From: Eledone cirrhosa
Lineage: Eukaryota
DNA length: 64,000 nucleotides
Direction of reading: 5' to 3'
Assembly: GCA_964016885.1 (NCBI GenBank)
Contig: OZ024741.1
Coordinates: 382,416,001 to 382,480,000 of the forward strand
The notes below the pieces were generated by a model. The model was given only the letters and a program-made list of their open reading frames with translations. It was not told the origin of the DNA and ran no database searches. Below are positions 27,139-39,579 of this stretch, one piece after another; the stretch's first letter is position 1, and the number at the start of each line of letters is the position of its first letter. A program made the translations under genes and the position numbers.

Positions 27139-27192
<54 letters not shown>

Positions 27193-27524
27193 ACACACCT
27201 ACACACACACACACACATAAACAGACATCCTCAGGGAAGTGACATAATGCAGACAGTCAGCCATATAGACAGATATTATAAGGGCGCGACATTATATGTA
27301 TGTATCTATCTAAAAAGAGAATGACTAAGAATTATAGAGAGAGATCACTAAATCGCCTAATGCAGTTCATATGGCATTGATAATGTGTTTTCTTTTACTC
27401 AGAACACCCCCTGAATCATACGTATTACATGTGTAAAGTTTGAAAATAGTGGGTTGGGTGCTTCTCGAGTTTTAGGGATTCAAACTCACACACAGACAAA
27501 CATCTTCAGTTTTATATATATAGA
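26533..27524 (-). mobile_element. Non-autonomous Helitron
   Basis: Minus strand starts TCTATATATATAAAA and ends with a GC-rich hairpin (CCCATGCAACGCCGGG) and GTAG (CTAG variant) followed by T; internal subrepeats and (CA)n. Confidence 0.7.
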
Positions 27525-28082
27525 CTAGCAGAAAACCTCCCGGTGGGCGGTTTTCTGCTAGCAAATCTAGTGTATATACTGATATTGTTGAGATTTGGAT
27601 GAGAAATGTTTTCGGCACCACATGTTCACCGTCTCTCGGTGTGTCTTTTATGCATGTATAAATATATATGTTATCTATACGTTGAACTCTTTGAAATAAA
27701 TATATGTTAAAACGAAAAATGAGAAAAAGAGATTAGTGACGGAAATATAAACGTTATGATACATAAACGTTATGATATAGCGACGGAAATATATCTTCAA
27801 ATGGTCCTTGGCATGGTGTCAAGTCAGAACCGCCTCGAAATGGTTACTTCTGGCTTGTGCAAGGTGTCTCTATAGCAACCAGCGATTCCCTCGGCCTCAG
27901 TGACCAACGTCAGTGGATAGGGGAAGGTAATGTTTCTATAGCGACAGTGTTTCTCATGGTAGTACCAAAGTGGAGAAAGGAAGGGGAAAGTAATATTTCT
28001 GTAGGACCTACATTTGAGTTTTAGGGAAGGACAGACAGACATACAGACAGACAGACAGACAAACAGAGAAATGCCCATATAT
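27525..28082 (-). mobile_element. Second non-autonomous Helitron abutting the first
   Basis: 3' CTAG at 27525-28 with a strong terminal hairpin (AGCAGAAAACC...GGTTTTCTGCT); (GTCT)n near the 5' end. Confidence 0.6.
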
Positions 28083-28141
28083 TTCTGTGTGTGTATATAT
28101 ATATATATATTACACACACAGAAATGTATATATATTTCTGA

Positions 28142-28197
<56 letters not shown>

Positions 28198-28372
28198 CAC
28201 ACACAGAAATGTATATATATTTCTGTGTGTATATATATATATATTACACACACTGAAATGTATATATATTTCTGTGTGTATATAAATATATTACACACAC
28301 AGAAATGTATATATATTTCTTTGTGTGTATCTATATATATATTACACACACAGAAATGTATATATATTTCTT
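28078..28372. repeat. Palindromic minisatellite (CACACAGAAATGTATATATATTTCTGTGTG + variable TA run), about 5 units
   Basis: Read directly. Confidence 0.9.
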
Positions 28373-28495
28373 AGAACAAAATTATTATTAATGTTTTGCT
28401 GTTCATAACAATTTGAATTGAAAAATTACTTTTGAAATCATTAGTTATTTTACTAATGCTTAGATATGTAAAAATGAAGCAATGTTTCTAATAAA

Positions 28496-28684
28496 TGTTT
28501 CTACTTTTGGCACAAGACCAGCAAATTAACCAGTACATTACTGGTACTTTATTTTATCGACCCCGTGAGGATGAAAGGCAAAGTTAACCTCGGCGGTATT
28601 TGAACTCAGACCGTAAAGGGACGTAACTCCATGCTATGACGCATGGTGTCCGATCTCTACAGATTCTGCCAATCCACCGCCCTA
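28496..28684 (-). mobile_element. tRNA-derived SINE
   Basis: Collinear with 17536-17738. Confidence 0.88.
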
Positions 28685-29348
28685 ATGTCTGTACGTAATG
28701 AGAGAGTGAGAGGGCAGAGAAAGAAAGGCAGAGGTGAAGTGACGAAGTGACTCTCTCCTCCTCCTCCATCTCCCCATTCGTCACAGCGATAGAGGGAAGG
28801 AATGTTAGTGTATTACAAAGAGAAAGGGTGAGAGTGAGAGAAACAGACAGACTAAAAGAGAGGGATAGCTGGAGAGAGATATAGCAACCACGTGCGCACG
28901 TGTTTCCACTGTCGGACAGAGAGAGAAATTGCTGGTTATATATTATAAGGAGATAAACATTAATCTGAGTTTTTCGAATATTAATAACATTCGATTCATT
29001 TGCAATTATGCAAACAAGCCTCATTTTTAACGCCATGTCGGTAGTGGTATAAGAGTGTGTGCTTGTGCGAGTGTGTGGGATTGAGGGCCTTATATGAGTG
29101 CGTGTGTGAATGTGCTTGTAGACACCCGATGAAAGGCATTGTTAGCTTCAGTGAACCTTAAAAATCAGGATTGACACCCCAGAGTGAACATGTCGATAGA
29201 ATTCTTTCTGCCTTTGTTACAATAAATATAGTTTTTAAAGAATTCCCTTTCCTTTAAACCCATCACCTAATTACCTCCACCCATCCCAAACACCACCCTC
29301 TCCTACTACCGTAAAATATATAAATACCACCATATTACTTGGACAGTC

Positions 29349-29399
29349 GGCTTCCTGATGATTTCTCCCGAATGAAACAGTTCTAGTCCTGTAGAAGCC
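29349..29399 (+). ncRNA. Type I hammerhead ribozyme with a complete stem III, in a PLE-like 3' end (~29170-29482)
   Basis: ggcttc-CTGATGA-tttctcccgaat-GAAA-cag-ttctagtc-ctg-TA-gaagcc; perfect 6-bp stem I; GUA triplet. Confidence 0.85.
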
Positions 29400-29484
29400 T
29401 TTCTATATTAAATATTTATACTCTACTTTGTATTGAGTACTTTACTTACTGTGGTTACCCCCGATTGAACCCGGGATAAACTTA

Positions 29485-29566
<82 letters not shown>

Positions 29567-29695
29567 AAGGTTTTATTTAAATTGTTGGGATACAACAAAC
29601 AAATATTTTTTATAACTGATATAAAGCACTCGACAAATATTTAGAGTAGATATACGATATTAATAAATGGAAACTATATTTATAAAACCATATTT

Positions 29696-29758
29696 ATTTC
29701 ATTATATATATTTCAAGGATACCAAGTTACATTATGGTATGCCTTCATCAGAGAAAAT
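29696..29758 (-). ncRNA. Minimal type I hammerhead in the 3' pLTR (sense to the ORF)
   Basis: CTGATGA-aggcatacca-loop-tggtatcctt-GAAA-tatata-TA; palindromic ATATATAT stem III. Confidence 0.8.
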
Positions 29759-31589
29759 ACAATATATAACAGTTTTATAAATAGACATTGACGTACCCCT
29801 TTTAAAAATTGACCGTTGTTTTTGGAGGCCATCAGGATAGTGATTTGTTTACTTTAGTAAGTCATAGTGTTAAGAGTAAGTAAAAAGATGGAGAGAGAGA
29901 GAGAGAAAAACGTGGAGAAAAGAAAGGGAGAGATAGATAAAGAAAAAGAAGAAAGTAAAAAGAAAAGAGAACAGAGGAAAAATAACGAGGAGATATCAAA
30001 CCACCAGACAGAGAAAAAAAATCCAGAGAGAGATATATAGAGATAGAGAGAGGGGGGAGAAAACGAAAACCTTAAGTTATGTCATATTAAGTTGAGTTAA
30101 CAATTGGGATGAAAAGCATAAATAAAATTAGAAATATAAATATTCAAGAATGGAATATAGATATATAATATGAGAAATTACACATTGTTTAATTATGATT
30201 AGATATTTAGTTTAAAATTGAGATCAATATATTAAAAATTGGAATTTAGAGATTATCTATCGCATATTACATACATATAGGCAAAGGTCCATAAATATAT
30301 ATATATACACACTCACTCAGAAAATACACATTATATCTACTCCCGCACATAATATATATATATATAAAGCATAAGTGATTTTTTGCCATACATTCTCTGT
30401 GTTATTAATTACAAATTAAAAATTAAAAGTTTTTAGTATATATATATAAATATATAGGATTAACTTTCATGCATTTATGGTTGTTAAGTTATGTATATCT
30501 GCAATCAAAATACTGCATGTGTAAGCCTGTACATTCACATCCATAATTCTTAGCTATACATGAATAGATATGTGTGTGCATCTTCAATTGATATACACGC
30601 GTCACTCATGCATATTACAGACAGACATATAATCATAAAAAAGCATATAACACGTGTCAACACACACATATAGATACATTAGCCGTATATAGATATAATC
30701 AACATATAACATAGTACAATTGAGTATATAAAATACAAAAGGATTATATTTTGGAAATATAATTATATCAATATAACTTAAAAAGCAAACGAATTCTACA
30801 AATATCAAAATACTAAAATATCCCAAAATATTATAGAATATTTTAAGTTAAAATAATATGTTTAATATATTTAGTATAGAAATTAATCTTACGTATATTT
30901 TAATCAAGATATTGAAAGGACAAACTTTTGAAAATTATGAGAAGTTATCAGAATAAAAAATAAATCTAATAAAAATTATGAGAAGCTATCAGAATAAAAA
31001 CAAATCTAATAAAAATAAAAAATAAAAAATAAAATGAATCTAATAAAAAAATAAATAAAATGAATCTAATAAAAAATAAATAAAATGAATCTAATAAAAA
31101 ATAAATCTAATAAAAAATAAAATATTATATCAATATAACTTAAAAAACAAGGATTCTACAGATATCAAAATATTAAAAAGTTAAAAAAAAAAAAAAAAAA
31201 AAAAGAAATAAAAAATAAAGTTAAAAAAAAAAAATTTTTTTTTTAAATTTTTAAAAATTCTAAAAAACTTTTTTAAAAATCTTAAAAAATTAAAAAAAAA
31301 TCTTTAAAATTTCAAAAATATCAAAAATAAAAAAAAAATTTTAAAAACTCTTAAAATATAGAATATGTTAAGCTAAAGTAATATGTTTAGTATTGAAATT
31401 TATCTTACGTATATTTTATTCAAGATGTTGAAAGGATAAACTTTTCTAGAATAGTTTAATATATTTATAATTATATTTATTAAGAAAATTTATACTTGGG
31501 TACTTAACCAAAGAAAATGAAAAAGGTGAAGGAATCTAATGATTTATCGACAGGTTACATATATTAACTAAATTACTTAATTAATTAAA

Positions 31590-33690
31590 CTACATTTTAA
31601 ATTTATATTTATATTTAAACGTTGAGTTCAATCTATGTCTGCAGCAACTGAATAAATTATTCCTTAACTTAAGGGAATTTTTGGTCTCTAATATAAAAAA
31701 TATTTCCTCTATACAAAGGTCACAATTTTCTGAAGAGGAATTGAAAGGAGTAGATTTGAAATAATATTCCAAATCAGCGAATATTCAACATTATCTCGTT
31801 TTAGGTCCCATAATAGGCTAGATAGCGAAGTTGAAGATTTTTTGTTTGGATCTGTAAAATAATTTTTATGATTATTGAAGCGGGATTTAAATTCTGCAGA
31901 GGTAGAACCGACATAGTTAAATGAATTTAAATTAGTTTTAACATTACAATTATAAACTACATTTTTAGCTAAGCAGTTGTTATTTAACGGACAGTTGGAT
32001 TTATTTCTACAGTTACAGTTATTCGATTGAATATTGCTTGGGTTATTATTGGTATTTTGGTTAGGTTTTAAATTTCTATTATTAATTCTATTAATATTTT
32101 GCGCTAAATTTTTGGTGGAAGAGTAGGTTAATTTTATAGTATGTCTATTAAAAATTGAGTAATATTTATGTGTTCTAGGGAATCGTTTGTCAAGAGCTTT
32201 AAAGAATAGTTTAGCAATAGGGGTTTTAATATTTAGTGAGAAAGGGGGAGCGAACCATAATATATTCCTAGTTCTATGTCTTTTTCGACTTTCGGAGTTA
32301 TAGTAATATTTTCTATTATGGTTGTTGAAATTGTTACCATAATTAAAGTTGTTACTATTTTGGTTATTTTGTATATTATTATTATTATCGATGTATTTAA
32401 TTTTATTTCTATACCCAGCTTTACCTAACGCTTCATTGTAATAATGCGCTTTTTCATCTAATATATTCTTATTACATGAAATTCTTGAAATTCGTTCTTG
32501 AACAGAGTTCACTATAGTATTTTTTAACGGATCTGGGGTGATTAAATTTAAAATTGACATAATTTAAGTTCTCATTTAGTTTGTGAAATGGATAATGAAG
32601 ACATGTGTTGAGATTTAGTGGTACATCTAGAAAATTGACTATTTTATGGTTATTCTCTATTTCTACTTTTAGATTAAGGTAAGTAAAAAATTGTATAATT
32701 TGTTTTCTTTTTCTATTTAGTTCACAGCTATTATTTTCTATAAGTAAAAGCATGTCGGCACGATATAAGCCTCCGGTTACATCTGGTATTTTTCTATGTA
32801 GATAATTAATTATAAATAGGCCCACAAGGTCCGTTACCTGAGCTGAGTCTGAAGATCCCATAGTTATGTCGAAATTATTATTTCTATCTGCCCTAGTCCA
32901 GAGTTGGTTATTAAATTCTATTAATGTTTTCCGTGCCGATAATATAATGTGCATTTCATTGCTAGTTAGGTCTGTATGTTTAAATGCGTAAGTTAGTGCC
33001 TTATTCAGTAGATTAGGAGTGATAGATGAGTAGTAGTTAGCAATATCCGACTGAATAAACTTATTATTATAGTTATATTTAATTTCTTTAAACCAATCGA
33101 TAACCTCACTAGTCCCTTTCCATAATTTTAAGTAAGATAAATCAGGTCAATTCTTAATTTGTTGAACTACTCTGTCTAGAATATTTTTGCTAAGTCTGCC
33201 CAGGTCAGATTTAGATGGTGCAATTAATCTGACTGATAAATCATTTTCAAAGTTTCTTTTATGATCCTTCATATTGATCTTAGGTTTCCTTGGCATGAAG
33301 CTTTGTGTTTTATTTTCAATGTCTAGTTCATGCATTATACAAGAGGCATCTGTATTCAGTTTTTCAAGTTCGTCCTTATCTGTTACTTTATATTTCTTCC
33401 TTAGAAGGTCGTTATAAATGTCCTTTTGTATTCCGTAAAGATTATTAGTTTTGTCCGACTTGACTAGAATTTACTCCGTTTTCTCCAAGTTTTCAATCTT
33501 ATCATTAATATCTCTTAAGTAATCTTGGCCTTTGAAGTTGTTTTTGAATTTGATGCTTTGGATGATAGATACGATATCATTTTCAAAATCCATTAGTAGT
33601 TTGTTGGGGGGTGGATTTTTTTTAGATTTGAAGATTCTATCCAGATTTGAATCATTTTCATTTAGATTAGATTTATCGAAGTGGAAAGCT
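31590..33690 (-). pseudogene. PLE reverse transcriptase-GIY-YIG endonuclease polyprotein, disrupted
   Basis: SDKT, KDHK, FDITMGS, LYRAD (YRDD variant), NFLDV, CNCRNKSNCPLNNNC linker, VVY..YVGST..FKSRFNNH, CDLCIEE and CRHR. Confidence 0.92.
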
Positions 33691-34325
33691 GTATATATAT
33701 ATTATGTGCGGGAGTAGATATAATGTGTATTTTCTGAGTGAGTGTGTATATATATATATTTATGGACCTTTGACTATGTGTATGTAATATGCGATAGATA
33801 ATCTCTCTAGCATTATATATATTTTATAATGTTTAAATTCCAATTTTTAATATATTGATCTCAATTTTAAACTAAATATCTAATCATAATTAAACAATGT
33901 GTAATTTCTCATATTATATATCTATATTCCATTCATGAATATTTATATTTCTAATTTTATTTATGCTTTTCATCCCAATTGTTAACTCAACTTAATATGA
34001 CATAACTTAAGATTTTCGTTCTCTCCCCCCTATCTCTATCTCTATATATCTCTCTCTGGTTTTTTTTTTCTCTGTCTGATGGTTTGATATCTCCCCGTTA
34101 TTTTTCCCTCTGTTCTCTTTTCTTTTTGTTTTCTTCTTTTTCTTTATCTATCTCTCCCTTTCTTTTCTCCACGTTTCTCTCTCTCTCTCCCTCCATCTTT
34201 TTACTTACTCTTAACACTATGACTTACTAAAGTAAACAAATCACTATCCTGATGGCCTCCAAAAACAACGGTCAATTTTTAAAAGGGGTACGTCAATGTC
34301 TATTTATAAAACTGTTATATATTGT

Positions 34326-34388
34326 ATTTTCTCTGATGAAGGCATACCATAATGTAACTTGGTATCCTTGAAATATATATAATGAAAT
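34326..34388 (+). ncRNA. Hammerhead copy in the inverted 5' pLTR
   Basis: Reverse complement of 29696-29758. Confidence 0.8.
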
Positions 34389-34499
34389 AAATATCGTTTT
34401 ATACATATAGTTTCCATTTATTAATATCGTATATATATATTCGGGATACCTCTGGTAATGAGGTAATGATATTGTATTGTTTATTATATATATATATAT

Positions 34500-36560
34500 A
34501 ATAAACAATACACTATCATTACCTCATTACCAGAGGTATCCCGAATAAGACGAATACGAAAAACGTCCTCATTCGTTCGTCGGACAAGGCAATTTAAAAC
34601 ATAGTGAAATATTTGGAAAGTCTCCTCAAGAAATGCAAAAAGTATATAAATAAAAGTAATGCAAGACATATATAAAAAAATATAAAAAAATATATATAAG
34701 AAAAAAATATAAGGAAATATAGTTAGGGTATGTGTATATGTATGTATATACACTCACAAATGTACATATGTGCGTATGTACAAATGCATGTGTATGGTGA
34801 AACTGTGTGCATAAGTACATATATGATGGCAAGTATATTTGTGTATATGTGACCACAAATACGTATATAATATGAGTTGAAAAGGTAATTGTATGATGAT
34901 ATAGTTGACACGCATCCAGATACAGGTATTAAATACATATACGAGTATGAAAGCACGCGTATAAACACACACACAAGCCGGTCACTTATATGCGGAAGAT
35001 AAAGAGGGAAGGGAGTGTAATAGTAAAAAGAAGTGTCATTCTCGATATATGTATAACAATGAAACAATATATGAGAATGAAAAAATATTTAAATCAAAGA
35101 GAAAGTAATCAATTAACACTAGAGAAAAGAAAACAAACATAGGTACGCACGTACATACACATATATATATATATATATATATAAATATCTATACATACAA
35201 ATACGTACAGACAAAAGCGCATGCATGCGTACATACACACGATGCACTTATATATATAGATCGCCCCATGTATATCTAATCACACGTACGTACGCGACTA
35301 TATATATATATACACATATACATACACACCCATACATACATATACATGTATACACATATACAGACACATACACATACATTCACCCGCATACACACATACG
35401 TAAAAATAAGAATGTAAAAATCATACATATAAAAACACACATACACACACATATATATATACGTACGCACGCACACACACATACGGATGCATTCGTATAC
35501 ATATACAGAACGTATACACACATAAGCACACTCAGACACATAGATACAGATTATAAATCAGCCATATGAATAAATGAGTACAAATATAAAATCGGCTGCG
35601 TAACAACAGAATATATCTGGAGTGGAAAACGCAAGTGACACAGGTATCAGGTAGTGAAAGAAAATGGGGAAGTAAAATGTGGAATGTGAAGATATTAGGT
35701 AAGTGAATCGAAAAGTAGGGGGGGGGGGGTTACTAGTGGATGTGAAGTAAAAATAAAAATAAAATTAAAATTAAAGTTAAAAATGAAAGTAAATCAGAAA
35801 GAGAAGACTGTAAAGAGGATAATTTAAGGAAAGTGAGGAATAAGAGTTTATGGAGGATAAGTATCTGAAAGTGAGTAAAGTTTATATGAGCTGGAAAGCA
35901 AGTGTGATTTCATGTGTGGGCAACTGGTGAACATTTCTGTTTTTGTATTTAAGCAGGTTTTTGGTGATTTAAGGTTCTGTAAAATCCAATATTTTTCACT
36001 TATGCAGAGTGTGTATCTTCTTGATCCTCTTGCATATTCTTTAGATTGGTTCAAAATTGACCAATCCAATTTATATTGGATACCAAGGTCTTTCAAATCC
36101 CATATTCTGCTAGCCAGACCTGTTGTGAATCTTTTTTCTGGATGTCGGAAAGATGCGACATGTGAATAAAAACACGTTTTGAATTTGTCTTGTGTCTTAC
36201 CCACATACCGTTCGCTGATTGGTTGTTGCTGATGGTTGTCACTTTAGCCGCATATACAATGGCTTTGGTGTTCCATTTACCTTGTAATGGGCATTCAGTT
36301 TTGACTCTACAGGAGCAATTTTGATGTTCTCTGGGTGATTTCTTATTGATGATATAACATTTAATAGGGGGACCGCAGGAGTAGCTAATTTTGACACAGT
36401 TTCTATTGAAGATCTTATAGTATCTATGTGTTCTAGGGAAATGTTTATCTAAGAGCTCTAGGAATGATTTGCCTACATTAGTTTTAACTGCTAGAGAGTA
36501 GGGGGTGTGAACCAGATTATTTTTCTTTTCCTATTATTATGTTTAAAAGAGTTAGTATGC
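34500..36560 (-). mobile_element. 5'-truncated Naiad-type PLE (linker + GIY-YIG, 35848-36540) with a long 3' region
   Basis: WFTPPYS, CSCRVKTECPL, IVY..YVGKT..FK, LCISEK..LN..E..SCPH; the 3' region is assumed to run to (TA)n at ~34500. Confidence 0.8.
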
Positions 36561-37040
36561 ACGCACAAACACACACACATACACACACACACTCATACAT
36601 ATATATATATATATATATACATACATACATAAATACATATATATATTCATCAGACAAGAGATAAGGTTTCAATGGCAGACACATTATACATAAGGAAAAC
36701 TTAAGGTGATTTAATTGAGAAGGAGTAATTAACATAAGATGGACAAGGTGGTGGTGGCAGCATGGGATAGGGCTGTATGAAAAAAAGGCAATGATGGTTG
36801 ATTGTGGGCATAGCCATAGAACTGTAACTGGTAAGTGGGATGTAATTGGTGAATATAGGGGGTTAGTGAAAGGGTTGATGGAATTGACAGGATAAAGGGG
36901 TGGATGGAATATAGATGTCTATACAATTACACATGTACATAAATATACATACAAACACATATCTACACATCAAACAATCTAAATCCACAAAGATAAGTTA
37001 TAAATGGAAGAAGAAAGAAATGGAAGAAGAAAAAAAAGAC

Positions 37041-37114
<74 letters not shown>

Positions 37115-37599
37115 TGTAAACAACGGAGCGTTTGTGCATAAACGCACCTGCATCGTATCGTATTTGTGACAGTATTTTATTAGCTCAATGTACAAGAACA
37201 GAGCCGTTATATGTAAAAGAAATCAAAGAACGCCTACATACTCATACAATTTTTATTTGCTGACAATGTTCAATCCATACCATGGGGCAGGAATCATCAG
37301 AATTTTATAAACAAAACCATCTACGGACGATCTACTTATATTATAACTCTTCGCCAATCGGGGCGTTTGAAACTGATTGGATTAACTTCTACGGTGGATA
37401 TAGATATGTTGTCACTCCTCACCAGATGTGCCTTATACAGGGACTAAACCGTATTTGTTGTGTATTATTTGCTTCACCTTGGTCATTCATTAACCCCCGC
37501 TTTGTCTGTGTTTGGCTTGTATTGATTTGATGCCTGTCTATGTGCAGCTTTAGCACCGCTGGTCCACGTTATTCCGTAACCTCCTCGATTATGTATACT

Positions 37600-37845
37600 A
37601 TGGGGAGGAATAAAATCGCCTTTGGACTTTCTGAAGTTACCTTAGGGGTCTCTTAGTATTTCTAAGATCTCAGCTGGAGTATTGTATAGGGTGCGAATAC
37701 GCACTTGGCCTAGGAGAGGAAGTGCAAGTTATGCCTGTCCGAGGCTATAGAGGTAGTAAAACTTAAGGGCAACACAGTCAACCCCAAATCTGAAATCATT
37801 GTAGCCTGCAGACACCAACCTAAATGCACGCTCTCCCCTTTAGTG
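37600..37845 (+). mobile_element. Decayed PLE GIY-YIG C-terminal fragment
   Basis: Manual translation gives SWSIV...RKCKLCLSEAIEVVKLKGNTVNPKSEIIVACRHQPK. An opposite-strand PLE-like tail with a degenerate hammerhead lies at ~37110-37305. Confidence 0.7.
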
Positions 37846-39579
37846 GTACGGGATGGGTCTACCTAAGGCACTACCGCCATCACAATACCAGGTCGGGTGC
37901 ATGCCGTGGACCACGATATAACACAGCATACCTATGAATGCATGTCGGAACAACCTGATATCAACGACAGATCCAGCGATGCCTACCTTGTACCGTAACA
38001 TGGATAGCACCACCACACCAATCTGCGGACGCCGACTCAATAGAAGTCTGATTTGGTCTACAACCCTATGTGTGGTGTTAAATTTTCAAATTCTTAATTT
38101 TCCAATTTTTGATTTTCGATCTTCGATACGTGGTGTTTAATTTGCTACTTAGATGCCGGATCTTATGCTGGTCTTAAGTTTAATTTTGCAGTTAATTTTA
38201 ACTTTGCCTGACGTAGATATATACACGCCTACAACACAAGCCGCTGCCACATTCCGATCATGCATAAATTCCACGTACATTTCATATATACTGTTATGAA
38301 ACACATACCCTATATATTCTATGTATACATCCACTCCATGTACATCTCATATATACTATTATGAAATGGATGTTCTACACATGCACAATATATAGAACCT
38401 GTTTGTGTATGCACGCACAGTGCCCATGTGTCCACCAGCCATAAGACCTGCATCATGTGCAGGCTCTTACCCAGTCCCTTAGATCACCAGTCCCCATGTA
38501 TATTATATAACAATATGCACCACAGCCCTCAAGTATTTTATGCAACTTTACGAACACCCCAATAATGTCCGGACCCTCTCTGCATGTATACATTCATTTG
38601 TTCAGTGTTTTCTTTTATATTATAATATTTTATATTATTTTATTTTACTTTACCGGCATTTTTTAGATATATGTGCCACCCATGTTATATGTGAGTAGTG
38701 CAGAGCTACTACGCGGCTATAGCATTTATGCATATTGTGCATGCACTTTCGGGCTTATATCGCCACATGATTGGGTTGGGTCCAAGCCTTAAGAACGTTG
38801 TCTCATATAACATTGTATGCACCATGTGCACAGCTGCGCGTGTGTGTACGGATGGGAGGGTATTCATCAAGTATGTGCCTTCGGTATGTGCAAGCATGAA
38901 CATACGCGGGTACATGTATGTATGTGTGTCCACGCAAATATGCATGCGCACGTGTGTACACATGTCTGGGTGGATGTATTTGTATGAACATGTCTGTGTG
39001 AGGGTATGAATGCCTGTGTGTAGATCTTTGTTTTTTTTTCATCTGTGTATATATATATGCAACGTTTTCACTTTACACGTTTCCCTGTGTACACTGTCTG
39101 AGTGTCGATATGTGTATATTTATCAAAAATATCTTCGAGATAACCTTTTTTTTTTTAAAGGCTGTTCCAAGCATTCATTTAAAAACGTTCTTTGTACAGA
39201 GTATTTTCTTTTTGAAATATGTATGTTTTAAAATATTCTGAGTCTGTGTTCTAGAAACGTTATGCTAAATATTTTTCTAATTTGTTTTAAAAATTCCCTC
39301 CAAGCATTATTTACTGTTATGGTTGCATAGAATACGAGTGTTGGCGTGATCGGTGGGGGCGAGAGCGCCTACAGACAGAGAAGACGCCGAAAGGCCACCA
39401 GCAGTTCAAGCATACAACCCCTTACCTACTACAGTAGTAATTCCGATCTAAGAAACAACTTTGATTAACTCGTGGAGAATGAAAAGGACCAAATATCGGA
39501 CAACCATTAGTGGCTAGAAATATCGATGACGTGTGCAATTCTTGACTACTCATGGAATGACAACAACATGATCTAAGCC

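Larger units (their letters stand above)
29563..34433 (-). mobile_element. Near-complete Penelope-like element (Naiad-type) with inverted pLTRs, inserted in (TA)n
   Basis: RT + GIY-YIG ORF on the minus strand; arms 29651-30370 and 33688-34433 are inverted copies; an ~88-bp tail is present only at the 3' (left) end. Confidence 0.93.

Noticed and set aside
28078-28372. Palindromic repeats with variable spacers resembling a CRISPR array
   Set aside because: Spacers are only TA runs, the context is eukaryotic and there are no cas genes.
31180-31350. A-run/T-run hairpins resembling terminators
   Set aside because: Low-complexity part of the PLE 3' region; bacterial terminator logic does not apply.
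33147-33149. In-frame TGA in the Naiad-type ORF (QIKN*PDLSYLKLW) as possible selenocysteine
   Set aside because: Not at an evident conserved cysteine; linker cysteines are normal codons; the ORF has other stops and frameshifts; no SECIS identified.
39315-39560. TGTTATGG start suggesting an LTR
   Set aside because: No partner LTR, PBS or target-site duplication is visible.
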